DNA of 64,000 nucleotides from Candidatus Cloacimonadales bacterium. Lineage in GTDB: Bacteria; Cloacimonadota; Cloacimonadia; Cloacimonadales; JAIOQZ01. The stretch lies in the NCBI GenBank assembly GCA_963674825.1, contig OY771587.1, positions 1,632,001 through 1,696,000 on the forward strand, given 5' to 3'. The notes beneath the pieces were generated by a model. It did no database searches. It saw nothing but the letters and a program-made list of their open reading frames with translations, and was not told the DNA's origin. Made by a program: the position numbers and the translations under genes. The first letter of the stretch is position 1. Every line of letters starts with the position of its first letter. Of this stretch, positions 1 through 8,770 are shown one piece after another.

Positions 1-1
1 T

Positions 2-1156
2 CCGGTTTACTTCGATAACGCGGCTACCTCGTTTCCAAAGCCATCCACGGTTGTTCACGCAGTCGTGCACTATATGACGCAGATCGGCGCTAACGCGGGG
101 CGATCGAGTCATTTCCGCGCGGTGGAAGCAGGCAGGTTGTTGTTCAACGTCCGCAATTCGCTTGCATCCATGTTCGGGCTGGATAACCCGATGAATGTCA
201 TCCTGACCGAAAACGCCACCGGCGCACTCAGCCTGGCAATTCTGGGCTATCTTCGCGAAGGGATGCACGTCATCACCAGCTCGATGGAACACAATAGCGT
301 TATCAGACCGCTGGAGCATCTGCGCAAGCAAGGAACGATCCGGCTCGACATCGTGCAGTGCGATACCGCGGGAAAGCTCGATCCTGACGACATCCGCAAA
401 TCGATCTGCAACGATACGGCCCTGGTCGCGATCAACCACGCCTCCAACGTAAACGGAGTCGTGCAGCCAGTCGCCGAAATTGGTGCGATATGCCGCGAAA
501 AGGGGATCACCTTCCTGGTGGACGCATCCCAAAGCGCTGGGAGCTATCCGATCAATATGAAGGAAATGCAGATCGACCTACTGGCAATACCGGGGCATAA
601 AGCGCTCCTTGGCCCCACCGGAACCGGTGCTCTACTAATTGACGACAGCTTCGATCCCAAACGAATCTCACCACGTAAATTTGGCGGAACAGGCAGCGCC
701 TCCAGCATGATTGAGCAGCCTGATTTCCTGCCGGATCGCTTCGAAAGCGGTACACCGAACCTCGCAGGCTTCGCCGGACTGGCAGCAGGCTTGGATTATC
801 TTCAGCGTTTTGAAGGTGGAATCCAGAGGATTCACCAGCATGAATCGGAACTGAGAGAATATTTTGTGGAAAAGGCACTCCAGGAAGGAGTCGAGATATA
901 CTCGGACGAACGTAATCCGGCCACCGCAACCGTTTCGTTCCGAATCCCGAATTTCAGTGTTTCAGATGTCGCCAGAAGGTTTTCCGATGATGAAGGAATT
1001 CTGTGCCGGCAGGGCCTACATTGTGCCCCTCTGGCACATCGAACACTGAATACATTCCCCGAAGGCAGCTTGCGTTTCGGATTCGGGTTGTTCAATTCAT
1101 ACGAAGAGATTGATTATGCAATCGATGCAATCAGGAGGATACGCGATGCCCAATAG
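2..1156 (+). CDS. Cysteine desulfurase-family aminotransferase class V (5' truncated by window edge)
   Basis: Frame open from nt 2 (PVYFDNAATSFPKP); motifs EHNSV, DASQSAG, PGHK (PLP Lys), ESGTPN, GLHCAP. Confidence 0.9.
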   Translation, partial: PVYFDNAATSFPKPSTVVHAVVHYMTQIGANAGRSSHFRAVEAGRLLFNVRNSLASMFGLDNPMNVILTENATGALSLAILGYLREGMHVITSSMEHNSVIRPLEHLRKQGTIRLDIVQCDTAGKLDPDDIRKSICNDTALVAINHASNVNGVVQPVAEIGAICREKGITFLVDASQSAGSYPINMKEMQIDLLAIPGHKALLGPTGTGALLIDDSFDPKRISPRKFGGTGSASSMIEQPDFLPDRFESGTPNLAGFAGLAAGLDYLQRFEGGIQRIHQHESELREYFVEKALQEGVEIYSDERNPATATVSFRIPNFSVSDVARRFSDDEGILCRQGLHCAPLAHRTLNTFPEGSLRFGFGLFNSYEEIDYAIDAIRRIRDAQ

Positions 1157-1373
1157 CAGTTTTGTGATCCTGTTCCATTCATCCAATCATGCAATATGGG
1201 CTGAGGCCGCATTGAAAAAGGCCTGCATCAACTGCAAGATGATCCCGGTACCACGGCATCTGAGCTCTGATTGCGGGTATTGTGTGGAGTTCGAACACAC
1301 GGAGCATGATCACGTACTGGATATTCTGTCACATGGAGGTATCGAGTACGACCGGATCGCGATGTCGAAGTAG
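1146..1373 (+). CDS. DUF3343-like small protein
   Basis: F.S...A..AE..LK...IPVPR.LSSDCG pattern; overlaps desulfurase stop; commonly paired with this desulfurase subfamily. Confidence 0.75.
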   Translation: MPNSSFVILFHSSNHAIWAEAALKKACINCKMIPVPRHLSSDCGYCVEFEHTEHDHVLDILSHGGIEYDRIAMSK

Positions 1374-1375
1374 GT

Positions 1376-1723
1376 TTACTGCTTTCCCGTTTTCTTCAGA
1401 AGCGCTTTCAGGTCTTTGAGCTCCTGAATAACATTCATCTTGATCGCGGAGTGGTCATCGGAGAAGAAGATTTCTTTCTGAATGGGTTCTTTGGCTTCGC
1501 TGGCAAGCCGTTTGCGTGCACCTTCGATGGTAAACTTCTGGTTATGAAGCATATCCTTGATCCGCGTTAGCAGATCGATATCTTTCTGCGAATACTTGCG
1601 ATTACCGCCGCTGGTCTTCTGCGGACGCAGCTGCCGGAATTCGGATTCCCAGTAGCGGATAACATGCGTTTTGAGGTCGAGAAGGTTACTGACTTCGCCG
1701 ATAGAATAATAATATTTTTTCAT
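1376..1723 (-). CDS. MerR-family transcriptional regulator
   Basis: YYSIGEVS...HVIRYWE.EF..L.P.K..GG.RKY MerR HTH. Confidence 0.9.
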   Translation of the reverse strand: MKKYYYSIGEVSNLLDLKTHVIRYWESEFRQLRPQKTSGGNRKYSQKDIDLLTRIKDMLHNQKFTIEGARKRLASEAKEPIQKEIFFSDDHSAIKMNVIQELKDLKALLKKTGKQ

Positions 1724-1724
1724 A

Positions 1725-3299
1725 TCAATAATCTTTTCTTAGTGCTCGGTAATTTGATATTGTGTGATTTCGGACCCATGCAAACAGACCCATGACAAGT
1801 CCTATTAAACCCAGTACCAGCGGAAACGCGCGGAGTGGTCCACAATACAGGGACTTTGACTCATAGCGATACACCGGACTTTGCAATGTTCCACGCTTGA
1901 ACAATCCCAGCTTTTTCTCGATCCTGCCAGTAGGAAGCACGATCATTGAGATACCCGAATTTGCCGCCCTATAGATCTGCCTGCGAGTCTCGATCGCGCG
2001 GAATTTGACCATCATCGCATGCTGGTAAGTTCCAACTGAATGGCCAAACCAGCCGTCGTTGGTGAGATTAACGATGAAGTCGGCATCATTCTTTTCTATA
2101 TTGCACGTGAGATGCGGGAAAGCGATTTCGAAGCAAATCAGGGGTGAATATCGCAAGCCGTCAACTGTGTAATAAGCAGTGGAATCGCCAGGCTGGAAAT
2201 TCGCCTGTCCAAGCTGCATACTCCACAGGAACGGGAATGTATTCAGCCAGGGGGTTCTTTCCCCGAAAGGTACCAGCGCTATCTTGTTGTAGATTGGATC
2301 GGGACGTGTGTCGGGGTTGAACTGAGTACAGCTATTGTAGTCGTAAGAATCGACGTGAGGATTATCCTTGAGGATTACCATATGCGGAAATCCGGTAAAG
2401 ATTGGAACATCGAGCCTGTTGCTCCACCTCTGTACGGGATTAAACTGGCTGCGGAGCCTGCCGAGATACATGGGAATAGCGGCCTCGGGGTAGACGACAA
2501 GGTTAGCGCTATCTTTCCGGGCAGCTTCGGTCATAGTTTCGTAGACGGTGAGTGTGCTGTCCAGATAAGCACGATCCCATTTAATTTCCTGCGGGATGCT
2601 GGGCTGTACGATGGCAACTTCGGTGTTGGTTTTGTGCATGGGAAGACCATACAGTCTGATTCCGCCATAGACGAGCCATGCTGTCATCAAGATACCCAGC
2701 AGGATAAAATATTTCTGCGGTCTGCGATAGGTTTTATAGATCATCCAGTTGACCACAATAATCAGCACTGATACAAGGTAAACACCGCCAATTTCGGCGA
2801 CTTGAATCAGGATAGTATACTCGGAAAGTGAGTAACCGAGGTTGTGCCATGGAAAACGGAAGTCACCGAAGTTTTGCAGCCATTCGAAGCCGACCCATAA
2901 TCCAATGATCGCCAGCAATCGCCAAACACGGGAGTTTTTCCATACAGCGTCGATCAGACCGAAAAGTATGCTGAAGTACATCGAGAACAGAAACGTGATA
3001 CCCACCCATATTCCTAAACCAATTGGAACCTCCGACCACTTGGGTACCATCGCATGACGTGCCGTGAAGATAACCCAGTGGAGCGAAATTATGGTATAGA
3101 GTGTGGCAAAAAGAACGCCGGCCGTGATGATTTTCGCACCGGATCGATCACGATTCTGGAAGAACGAGAATAGCGGGATCAGCGCAAAGAATACCAGAAA
3201 ACCCAAGTGCCAGTTCAAGCGCGACAATCCGAACAGGAATGCGGCCAGAAGAGGTTCCTGATAGGATTCCCAGAAACTATGGGAGTGGCTGTATCTCAT
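1725..3299 (-). CDS. lnt: Apolipoprotein N-acyltransferase
   Basis: Multi-TM N-terminus, FPW..LGY, nitrilase triad motifs YPEAA, K..LVPFGE, ICFE, NDGWFG, RAIE, RAANSG; start set at ATG 3299. Confidence 0.93.
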   Translation of the reverse strand: MRYSHSHSFWESYQEPLLAAFLFGLSRLNWHLGFLVFFALIPLFSFFQNRDRSGAKIITAGVLFATLYTIISLHWVIFTARHAMVPKWSEVPIGLGIWVGITFLFSMYFSILFGLIDAVWKNSRVWRLLAIIGLWVGFEWLQNFGDFRFPWHNLGYSLSEYTILIQVAEIGGVYLVSVLIIVVNWMIYKTYRRPQKYFILLGILMTAWLVYGGIRLYGLPMHKTNTEVAIVQPSIPQEIKWDRAYLDSTLTVYETMTEAARKDSANLVVYPEAAIPMYLGRLRSQFNPVQRWSNRLDVPIFTGFPHMVILKDNPHVDSYDYNSCTQFNPDTRPDPIYNKIALVPFGERTPWLNTFPFLWSMQLGQANFQPGDSTAYYTVDGLRYSPLICFEIAFPHLTCNIEKNDADFIVNLTNDGWFGHSVGTYQHAMMVKFRAIETRRQIYRAANSGISMIVLPTGRIEKKLGLFKRGTLQSPVYRYESKSLYCGPLRAFPLVLGLIGLVMGLFAWVRNHTISNYRALRKDY

Positions 3300-4107
3300 A
3301 CTTGCTCTCGTAAATGGTGACGCCGCCTTCGCGAACGACGACCCAAGCGCCTGATTCGATGAAGAAACTCTTGATGCGCTCAATACCCATGGCGAGCTTC
3401 GCGCCGGTCGATTGTTGTTCGATCGCGTTCGGAAGCATCGTGAATTTCTGGTTGAAGCGGTCGAGCTGCATGAAACCAGGGACGTCTTCCAGATGTTGCC
3501 CCATGGCGTTATAGATCAGCGTAGTATCGTCACCGGCATCATAGATCCAGACGTATTCGCGGTTGGTCGTGATGCGCTGTGGCCGGGTAAACTGGAATTT
3601 CCCGAAGGTAAAACGCTCTTCTTCCCGCGTACTGGTGACAATAGTAATATCCTTGCTGAAGTTGTCGTAGATATACATTTCCTCGTCATCGGTGACGTCA
3701 AACCGTGTAGGTTCTTTGAGGTAAGAAAGGTCGTAATCGGCGATCCACATTCCGTCTTTGTCGAACTTCTTGATCTTGCGGCTGAAACTGTCGAGCGCGA
3801 GAATTTTTCCGTCCGGTGCAAGTGCTATGTCGTCCAGACGGCTGAAATTAGACTTATCGAACCCGAGCTTGCCGATTGTGTTGATCCTCTTACCATCCCG
3901 GAAAATATGAATAGCGTTATCGTTTTCGGGCATGATATAGAGCGTTCTTGTGATGGTATCGTAGCAACATTTGCGGATGGATTGCTCGAAATCGAGCTGC
4001 TGGGGTTTGGTCAGGCCGACCGGAATCGATACCGGGCGATCCTGAAGAAAGGAGCATCCCATAAGCAGGACGATCAGGAGAAATAACCAGCTATAGCTTT
4101 TTCGCAA
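3277..4107 (-). CDS. Lipoprotein with NHL-like beta-propeller repeats
   Basis: Lipobox LMGC; repeats such as DIALAPDGKILALDS...IKKFDKDG. Confidence 0.65.
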   Translation of the reverse strand: MRKSYSWLFLLIVLLMGCSFLQDRPVSIPVGLTKPQQLDFEQSIRKCCYDTITRTLYIMPENDNAIHIFRDGKRINTIGKLGFDKSNFSRLDDIALAPDGKILALDSFSRKIKKFDKDGMWIADYDLSYLKEPTRFDVTDDEEMYIYDNFSKDITIVTSTREEERFTFGKFQFTRPQRITTNREYVWIYDAGDDTTLIYNAMGQHLEDVPGFMQLDRFNQKFTMLPNAIEQQSTGAKLAMGIERIKSFFIESGAWVVVREGGVTIYESKYEIQPLP

Positions 4108-5815
4108 AGTGGATGTCCTTTAGCTTGCCCTGGATCGAGGTCTTATCCTGCCAGGTATTCCACTCGAGTGAATAGGCGATGTCAATCATGATATTTTTAC
4201 GCAGGAACGGCAGCAGGTTGCCCATGTTGAAGCCGATAAGATCGAGCACGCAGCCATCTTTTTTGACCTTCATCTTGAGGTGGTTCCTGCCTACCATGTA
4301 CGGATAGCCCACCACGGTGACATTCCGGGTGTAAAAGATCGGACGCATGTTTCCCGGTCCGAATGGCGCAAATTTCTCCAGCCACTCGATAAGGTTGTCG
4401 TTTATCTCGTAGAGCTCAAGCTTGTATTCCACCTTAAGCGGTGGAATGAGCTGTTCCGGTAAAGTGTTTTCACGGACATAGGTGTTCAATTTCTGCTCGA
4501 ACTGGTCAAGATATTCTGGCAAGATGGAGAGCCCCGCTGCGTACTTGTGGCCGCCGAAGCTTTCGAGCATATCCTCGACACTGGAGAGCGCTTCGAAGAG
4601 ATCGAAATCGGAGATACTACGCCCTGAACCGCTGCCCACGCCTTCGTTTAGCGCGATCATGATGGTGGGACGATAGTATTTCTCGACCAGCTTGGAGGCG
4701 ACGATTCCGATGACGCCGGGATGCCAGTTTTCCGAAGATATGACAATGCAATGGACTTCGCTGAGGTTATTGTATTTACGTTCAATGATATCACAGGCTT
4801 CCTGGAAAGTCTGTTGATCGACCTCCTGCCGAAGCGTGTTTTCCTTCTCGATGACACGCGCCAGCTCTTCGCTCTGCGTGCGATCTTCCGAGATCAGCAG
4901 TTCGACAGCACGCATCGCGCTTCCCATGCGTCCGGCCGCGTTGATTCGCGGAGCCAGCCCGAAGACGATATCTGTCGTGTTCAGCTCTTTGTTGATGAGC
5001 CCGGAGATGTTGATTAACGCGGTAAGACCGAGGTTGCGTTTACGGAAAAGGTGCTTGAGACCCACACTGGCGAAGATACGGTTTTCACCGGTGAGAGGCA
5101 CGATATCGGCGATGGTTCCAACTGCGACCAGATCAAGGAAACGCGTGATGTTTTCTTCTGTCGCTACATCCATCTCGTGATACACCGCCATCATCAGTTT
5201 GTAAGCCGCGCCGACACCGGCAAGATCCTGATAGGGATATCCGCTGTTCTCCACCTTGGCATTGATAATGGAAAGAGCGCTGGGTAAAGTATCCTTGGGG
5301 TTATGGTGATCAGTAACAATCAGCTCCATCCCGAGACGGGTAATCTCGTCAACTTCTTCTACCGCATTGATACCGCAATCAACAGTGACGATGAGATTGG
5401 TACCTTCGTCACGAAGCTGCTGCACACCATTCATGGAAAGGCCGTAGCCATCGATCATACGATGGGGTATGTAGTAGTTTACAATTGCGCCAATACGTTT
5501 GAGCCCGAGGTAGAGCAGTGCTGTGGCGGTGGTTCCATCCACGTCGTAATCACCATAGATGGTGATCAGCTCCTGGTCTTCGATCGCTTTTCGGATGCGC
5601 TTGGCTGCGATCCGCATATCGCCGAAGAGGAATGGATCGTGGGTGTGATCCAAGTGAGGATTGAAGAATCGATTGATTTCCTCGATATCCGTAATGCCTT
5701 TTCTCAGGAGGATTTCAGCAATGATATCGGGTGCGTGAATCTCGTTCGCGATTGACCTTTTCAGCTCGTTTTGTTCATCGGTCAGGTCCTTTGCATGATG
5801 CCATCTTTTTTCCAT
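4091..5815 (-). CDS. recJ: Single-stranded DNA exonuclease RecJ
   Basis: GDYDVDG, TVDCG, TDHH, GTIAD, PRINAAGR, GSGRS, GGHKYAAG motifs. Confidence 0.96.
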   Translation of the reverse strand: MEKRWHHAKDLTDEQNELKRSIANEIHAPDIIAEILLRKGITDIEEINRFFNPHLDHTHDPFLFGDMRIAAKRIRKAIEDQELITIYGDYDVDGTTATALLYLGLKRIGAIVNYYIPHRMIDGYGLSMNGVQQLRDEGTNLIVTVDCGINAVEEVDEITRLGMELIVTDHHNPKDTLPSALSIINAKVENSGYPYQDLAGVGAAYKLMMAVYHEMDVATEENITRFLDLVAVGTIADIVPLTGENRIFASVGLKHLFRKRNLGLTALINISGLINKELNTTDIVFGLAPRINAAGRMGSAMRAVELLISEDRTQSEELARVIEKENTLRQEVDQQTFQEACDIIERKYNNLSEVHCIVISSENWHPGVIGIVASKLVEKYYRPTIMIALNEGVGSGSGRSISDFDLFEALSSVEDMLESFGGHKYAAGLSILPEYLDQFEQKLNTYVRENTLPEQLIPPLKVEYKLELYEINDNLIEWLEKFAPFGPGNMRPIFYTRNVTVVGYPYMVGRNHLKMKVKKDGCVLDLIGFNMGNLLPFLRKNIMIDIAYSLEWNTWQDKTSIQGKLKDIHFAKKL

Positions 5816-5880
5816 AATAACCTATTTTTTATTTATTTCTTTTCTAATAATAAAGGAATCCGGCTTGGATTCGATAATGT

Positions 5881-6316
5881 TGTCGGAGAAGATGATAAGC
5901 CGAATTCTGTACACTGCGTAACAGGCAGTGTTATGTCTATTTATCTGGACCGGGTCTCACGACTCCCAACTGGGATCGCTATGCGACCGGTTCGTGCTGC
6001 CTACCCGGGAATCAAACGGACCGGGCCGATCCTCTTCCCCTATTCGGCATTGCACCGGATAAGGCATTCCTGGCATTCCAGCTCACGCCGGAACCCGGTA
6101 GTCTCTTACACTACCATTTCACCCTTACCCAGCATCAAGATGTAACGGGGAATAACTTCCCTGAGAATAATATTGCAGGCAAATTTCGATGCTGGGCGGT
6201 TTATTTTCTGTGGAGCTGCTCTTCGTCACCGAAGCTTCCCGTTAGGAAGTATCCTGCCCTACGGTGTTCGGACTTTCCTCCCCACTATGGGAGCAGACAT
6301 GCTATCTTCTCCGACA
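5881..6316 (-). ncRNA. rnpB: RNase P RNA (type A-like)
   Basis: Minus strand has GAGGAAAGTCC near the 5' end and ACAGAATTCGGCTTAT near the 3' end (P4 consensus); terminal P1 helix TGTCGGAGAAGAT/ATCTTCTCCGACA. Confidence 0.93.
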
Positions 6317-6336
6317 CGATATCCGTAAAATAATGA

Positions 6337-7056
6337 TCAGGATTCGATGTTCTCCGGTTTCCGGACAATGATGCGGCCGCAACTTTCGCAGCTGATAATT
6401 TTATTCTCGCGTTCGATCTCGATGACAAGCTGAGGGCGAAGCTGGAACCCGCACCCGCCGCAAGCGTTGTTTTCCATAAAGACGACTGCCTTGCGATCTT
6501 TCGCTTTGATCAATGACACATAGCGTCTGACCAATGTCCGCGGAAGATCCTGCGCAAGTACGCTTCTCTCATTCTTGCGTTCTTCGATCTCGGAGTCAAG
6601 TTCATTAATCCTTTTTTTCAGCCGGTCCTCGTTTTTAGCAAGTTCGGCTTTCGCTTTGTTCACTTCCTCTTCCGCTTCAGCAAGCTCTTCTTTGAGCTTG
6701 TTTTCAATTTCCATCAGCTCAAGAATCTCATCGTCAATCGCAGTATTCTTCTCTTTCAGGTGGTTGATCTCGCTGTTAAGGGCTTTGTATTCCTTGTTAT
6801 TCTTGATAGCCAACAATTGATCTTCATACTTGCCCATCGTCTTGATATTGGTCTGGATATCGACATCTTTCAGCTTCTGGGTTTTCCGGTTCTCGTTGAG
6901 TCGGTCTTTCGCTGCGGTGAGATCGTCTTCAGTATTTCTAACGCTCTCGAGCAGGCTCTTCAGCTCAGCCGGCAATAACTGTTTCAATATTTCCCTTTTG
7001 CCGATTTCGGTATCCAATGCTTGCATTTCCACTAAAATACGCAAATCGTCTTTCAT
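6337..7056 (-). CDS. Coiled-coil protein with C4-type zinc ribbon (DUF164-like)
   Basis: Long heptad coiled coil followed by CGGC...CESCGRI; usual neighbour of rnpB. Confidence 0.88.
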   Translation of the reverse strand: MKDDLRILVEMQALDTEIGKREILKQLLPAELKSLLESVRNTEDDLTAAKDRLNENRKTQKLKDVDIQTNIKTMGKYEDQLLAIKNNKEYKALNSEINHLKEKNTAIDDEILELMEIENKLKEELAEAEEEVNKAKAELAKNEDRLKKRINELDSEIEERKNERSVLAQDLPRTLVRRYVSLIKAKDRKAVVFMENNACGGCGFQLRPQLVIEIERENKIISCESCGRIIVRKPENIES

Positions 7057-7059
7057 GCG

Positions 7060-7881
7060 TCACTCCTTAAACAATAAACTGATATCCAGCGATGTATAGG
7101 AATGGGTGATCATCCCTGAAGAAATATAATCAACACCCGTCGCGGCGATCTTGTTCACCGTCTCAAGGCTGACATTCCCTGATGCCTCCAGCTCAACTTT
7201 ACCACCGTATTTCTTCACCGCTTTTTTCATGTCCGTCACACTCATGTTGTCCAGCATGATGCGGTCCACGCCGCACGCCGCCGCTTCGTCCAGTTCCTTT
7301 AGATTGGTAACCTCGACCTCGATTTTATAGGTCACCATCCGCTTTCTCACCCGCTCTACCGCGATCGTAATCGATCCAGCCGACCGGATATGATTTTCCT
7401 TCAGCATCACCATATCGAACAGCCCGAACCGGTGGTTGAAACCACCGCCGACGCGCACAGCGTATTTCTCGAGCTCACGCAGGAGAGGTGTGGTCTTGCG
7501 CGTATCCAGCAGTCTCGCCGGGTAGGGTTTGATCGCTTCCACCATCTTATGGGTAATAGTCGCGATTCCACTCATGCGTTGCAGCAGATTCAGCGCTACG
7601 CGTTCCGCTTGAAGAATCTTTGAGGCTCTGCCGCTCACGCGTGCAATCACGTCACTTTTCTTCAGGCAATCGCCATCCTTGTAGTAAGCAATACAGTTGC
7701 AATCTGGATCGAGCTGTTTGAACACGGAAAGCGCGACATCAAGCCCGGCAAGGACTCCCTCTTCCTTGGCAATCAACGACGCCTGAGCACTCTTGTGCCC
7801 GAAGTCAAGGCTCTCGGTAGTGATATCGCCATATCCGATATCCTCGCGAAGTGCCAGCTTTACGATCTCTTCGATGTTCAA
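7060..7881 (-). CDS. nadC: Nicotinate-nucleotide pyrophosphorylase (quinolinate phosphoribosyltransferase)
   Basis: EDIG.GDITT, ERVALN, DTRKTTP, NHRFGL, KENH, IMLDN, EASG; TTG start after GGGGAG. Confidence 0.95.
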   Translation of the reverse strand: MNIEEIVKLALREDIGYGDITTESLDFGHKSAQASLIAKEEGVLAGLDVALSVFKQLDPDCNCIAYYKDGDCLKKSDVIARVSGRASKILQAERVALNLLQRMSGIATITHKMVEAIKPYPARLLDTRKTTPLLRELEKYAVRVGGGFNHRFGLFDMVMLKENHIRSAGSITIAVERVRKRMVTYKIEVEVTNLKELDEAAACGVDRIMLDNMSVTDMKKAVKKYGGKVELEASGNVSLETVNKIAATGVDYISSGMITHSYTSLDISLLFKE

Positions 7882-8096
7882 TTTCTCCCCCGTAAAACAA
7901 AAAAAGCATTTGTCGATTGTATGACAAATGCTTGCTCTATATAAACTATCTGTTGACCATTCTTCAAATATCGCATGGGTTTCCATCTCCCTGTCTATCA
8001 GGAAATTTTTTTCCACGTATTTTGTCAATGAGATTCTTCATCCATTTACAATGAAACGAGCTCCGGCTCATGATTTAATCCTTTATGATAAATCCT

Positions 8097-8399
8097 TCAC
8101 ACAGACTGGTCTATTTCCATGATACGATCGAATCCCGCGATCTCGAACATCTTTCGCACTTCGGGGGTCGGATCCTGTATCCGCAACGACTGAACGTGAA
8201 GGTTTTTAGCTGTTTCCAGACAAATACGTAAAAACAGAGAAGAGATGTAATCCACTTCCGCGATATCGAAGACAACCTTGCCCTTAAAACCCAGCAGAAG
8301 CTCCTTGTACTCTGGCTGCCACTCGGAACAGGTTATAGTGTCCTGTCTGCCCTTGAATGTGCAGATCAGGCTGTCGTTTTCTAATCGGTTCTGAACCAT
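8097..8399 (-). CDS. STAS-domain anti-sigma factor antagonist
   Basis: VVFDIAEVDYISS (phospho-Ser loop) ... VRKMFEIAGFD; ATG after GGAGG. Confidence 0.85.
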   Translation of the reverse strand: MVQNRLENDSLICTFKGRQDTITCSEWQPEYKELLLGFKGKVVFDIAEVDYISSLFLRICLETAKNLHVQSLRIQDPTPEVRKMFEIAGFDRIMEIDQSV

Positions 8400-8564
8400 T
8401 ACGGATCCTCCATTAACAAGATAACCGGAAAATAACGATCGCGCATCCAATGTAAAGAAAAAACGATCATGTAAGATGTATATCTATTGTCAGATGTACG
8501 TTGTGAACTTCCAGGCCAGAGGTCAATCCAACGAGGATTGAGAGATGATTGTTTTTGGGGAAAT

Positions 8565-8593
8565 AAAAAAAGGGCGGTTTATCGCCGCCCTTT
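8565..8593 (-). terminator. Rho-independent terminator
   Basis: Minus strand AAAGGGCGG-cgataaa-CCGCCCTTTTTTT. Confidence 0.75.
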
Positions 8594-8770
8594 GGGGGGA
8601 ATTGCCTTAGTCCAGTGCGTTTGAACCGGGCAATCAATTGACCCTCCACGCGTCTACCCTATCCTCCCCGACTGTCATCGTCGGTGCCTTTGTGCGCGTT
8701 TTTTCCTTTATACATCCCCACATATAAGTTCTAATTCAATGCTTTCGTTTTTGCTTTGCAAAATCCGAAA

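Noticed and set aside
5771..6145. 124-aa plus-strand ORF
   Set aside because: Antisense to the RNase P RNA gene; no protein features.
7882..8028. N-terminal extension of nadC in the ORF track
   Set aside because: Homology and SD support a TTG start at 7881.
8590..8700. 6S RNA, SRP RNA or known riboswitch
   Set aside because: Only an isolated TTGAACC; no long 6S rod, SRP GGAA loop or recognisable aptamer consensus. Kept only as an unknown structured element.
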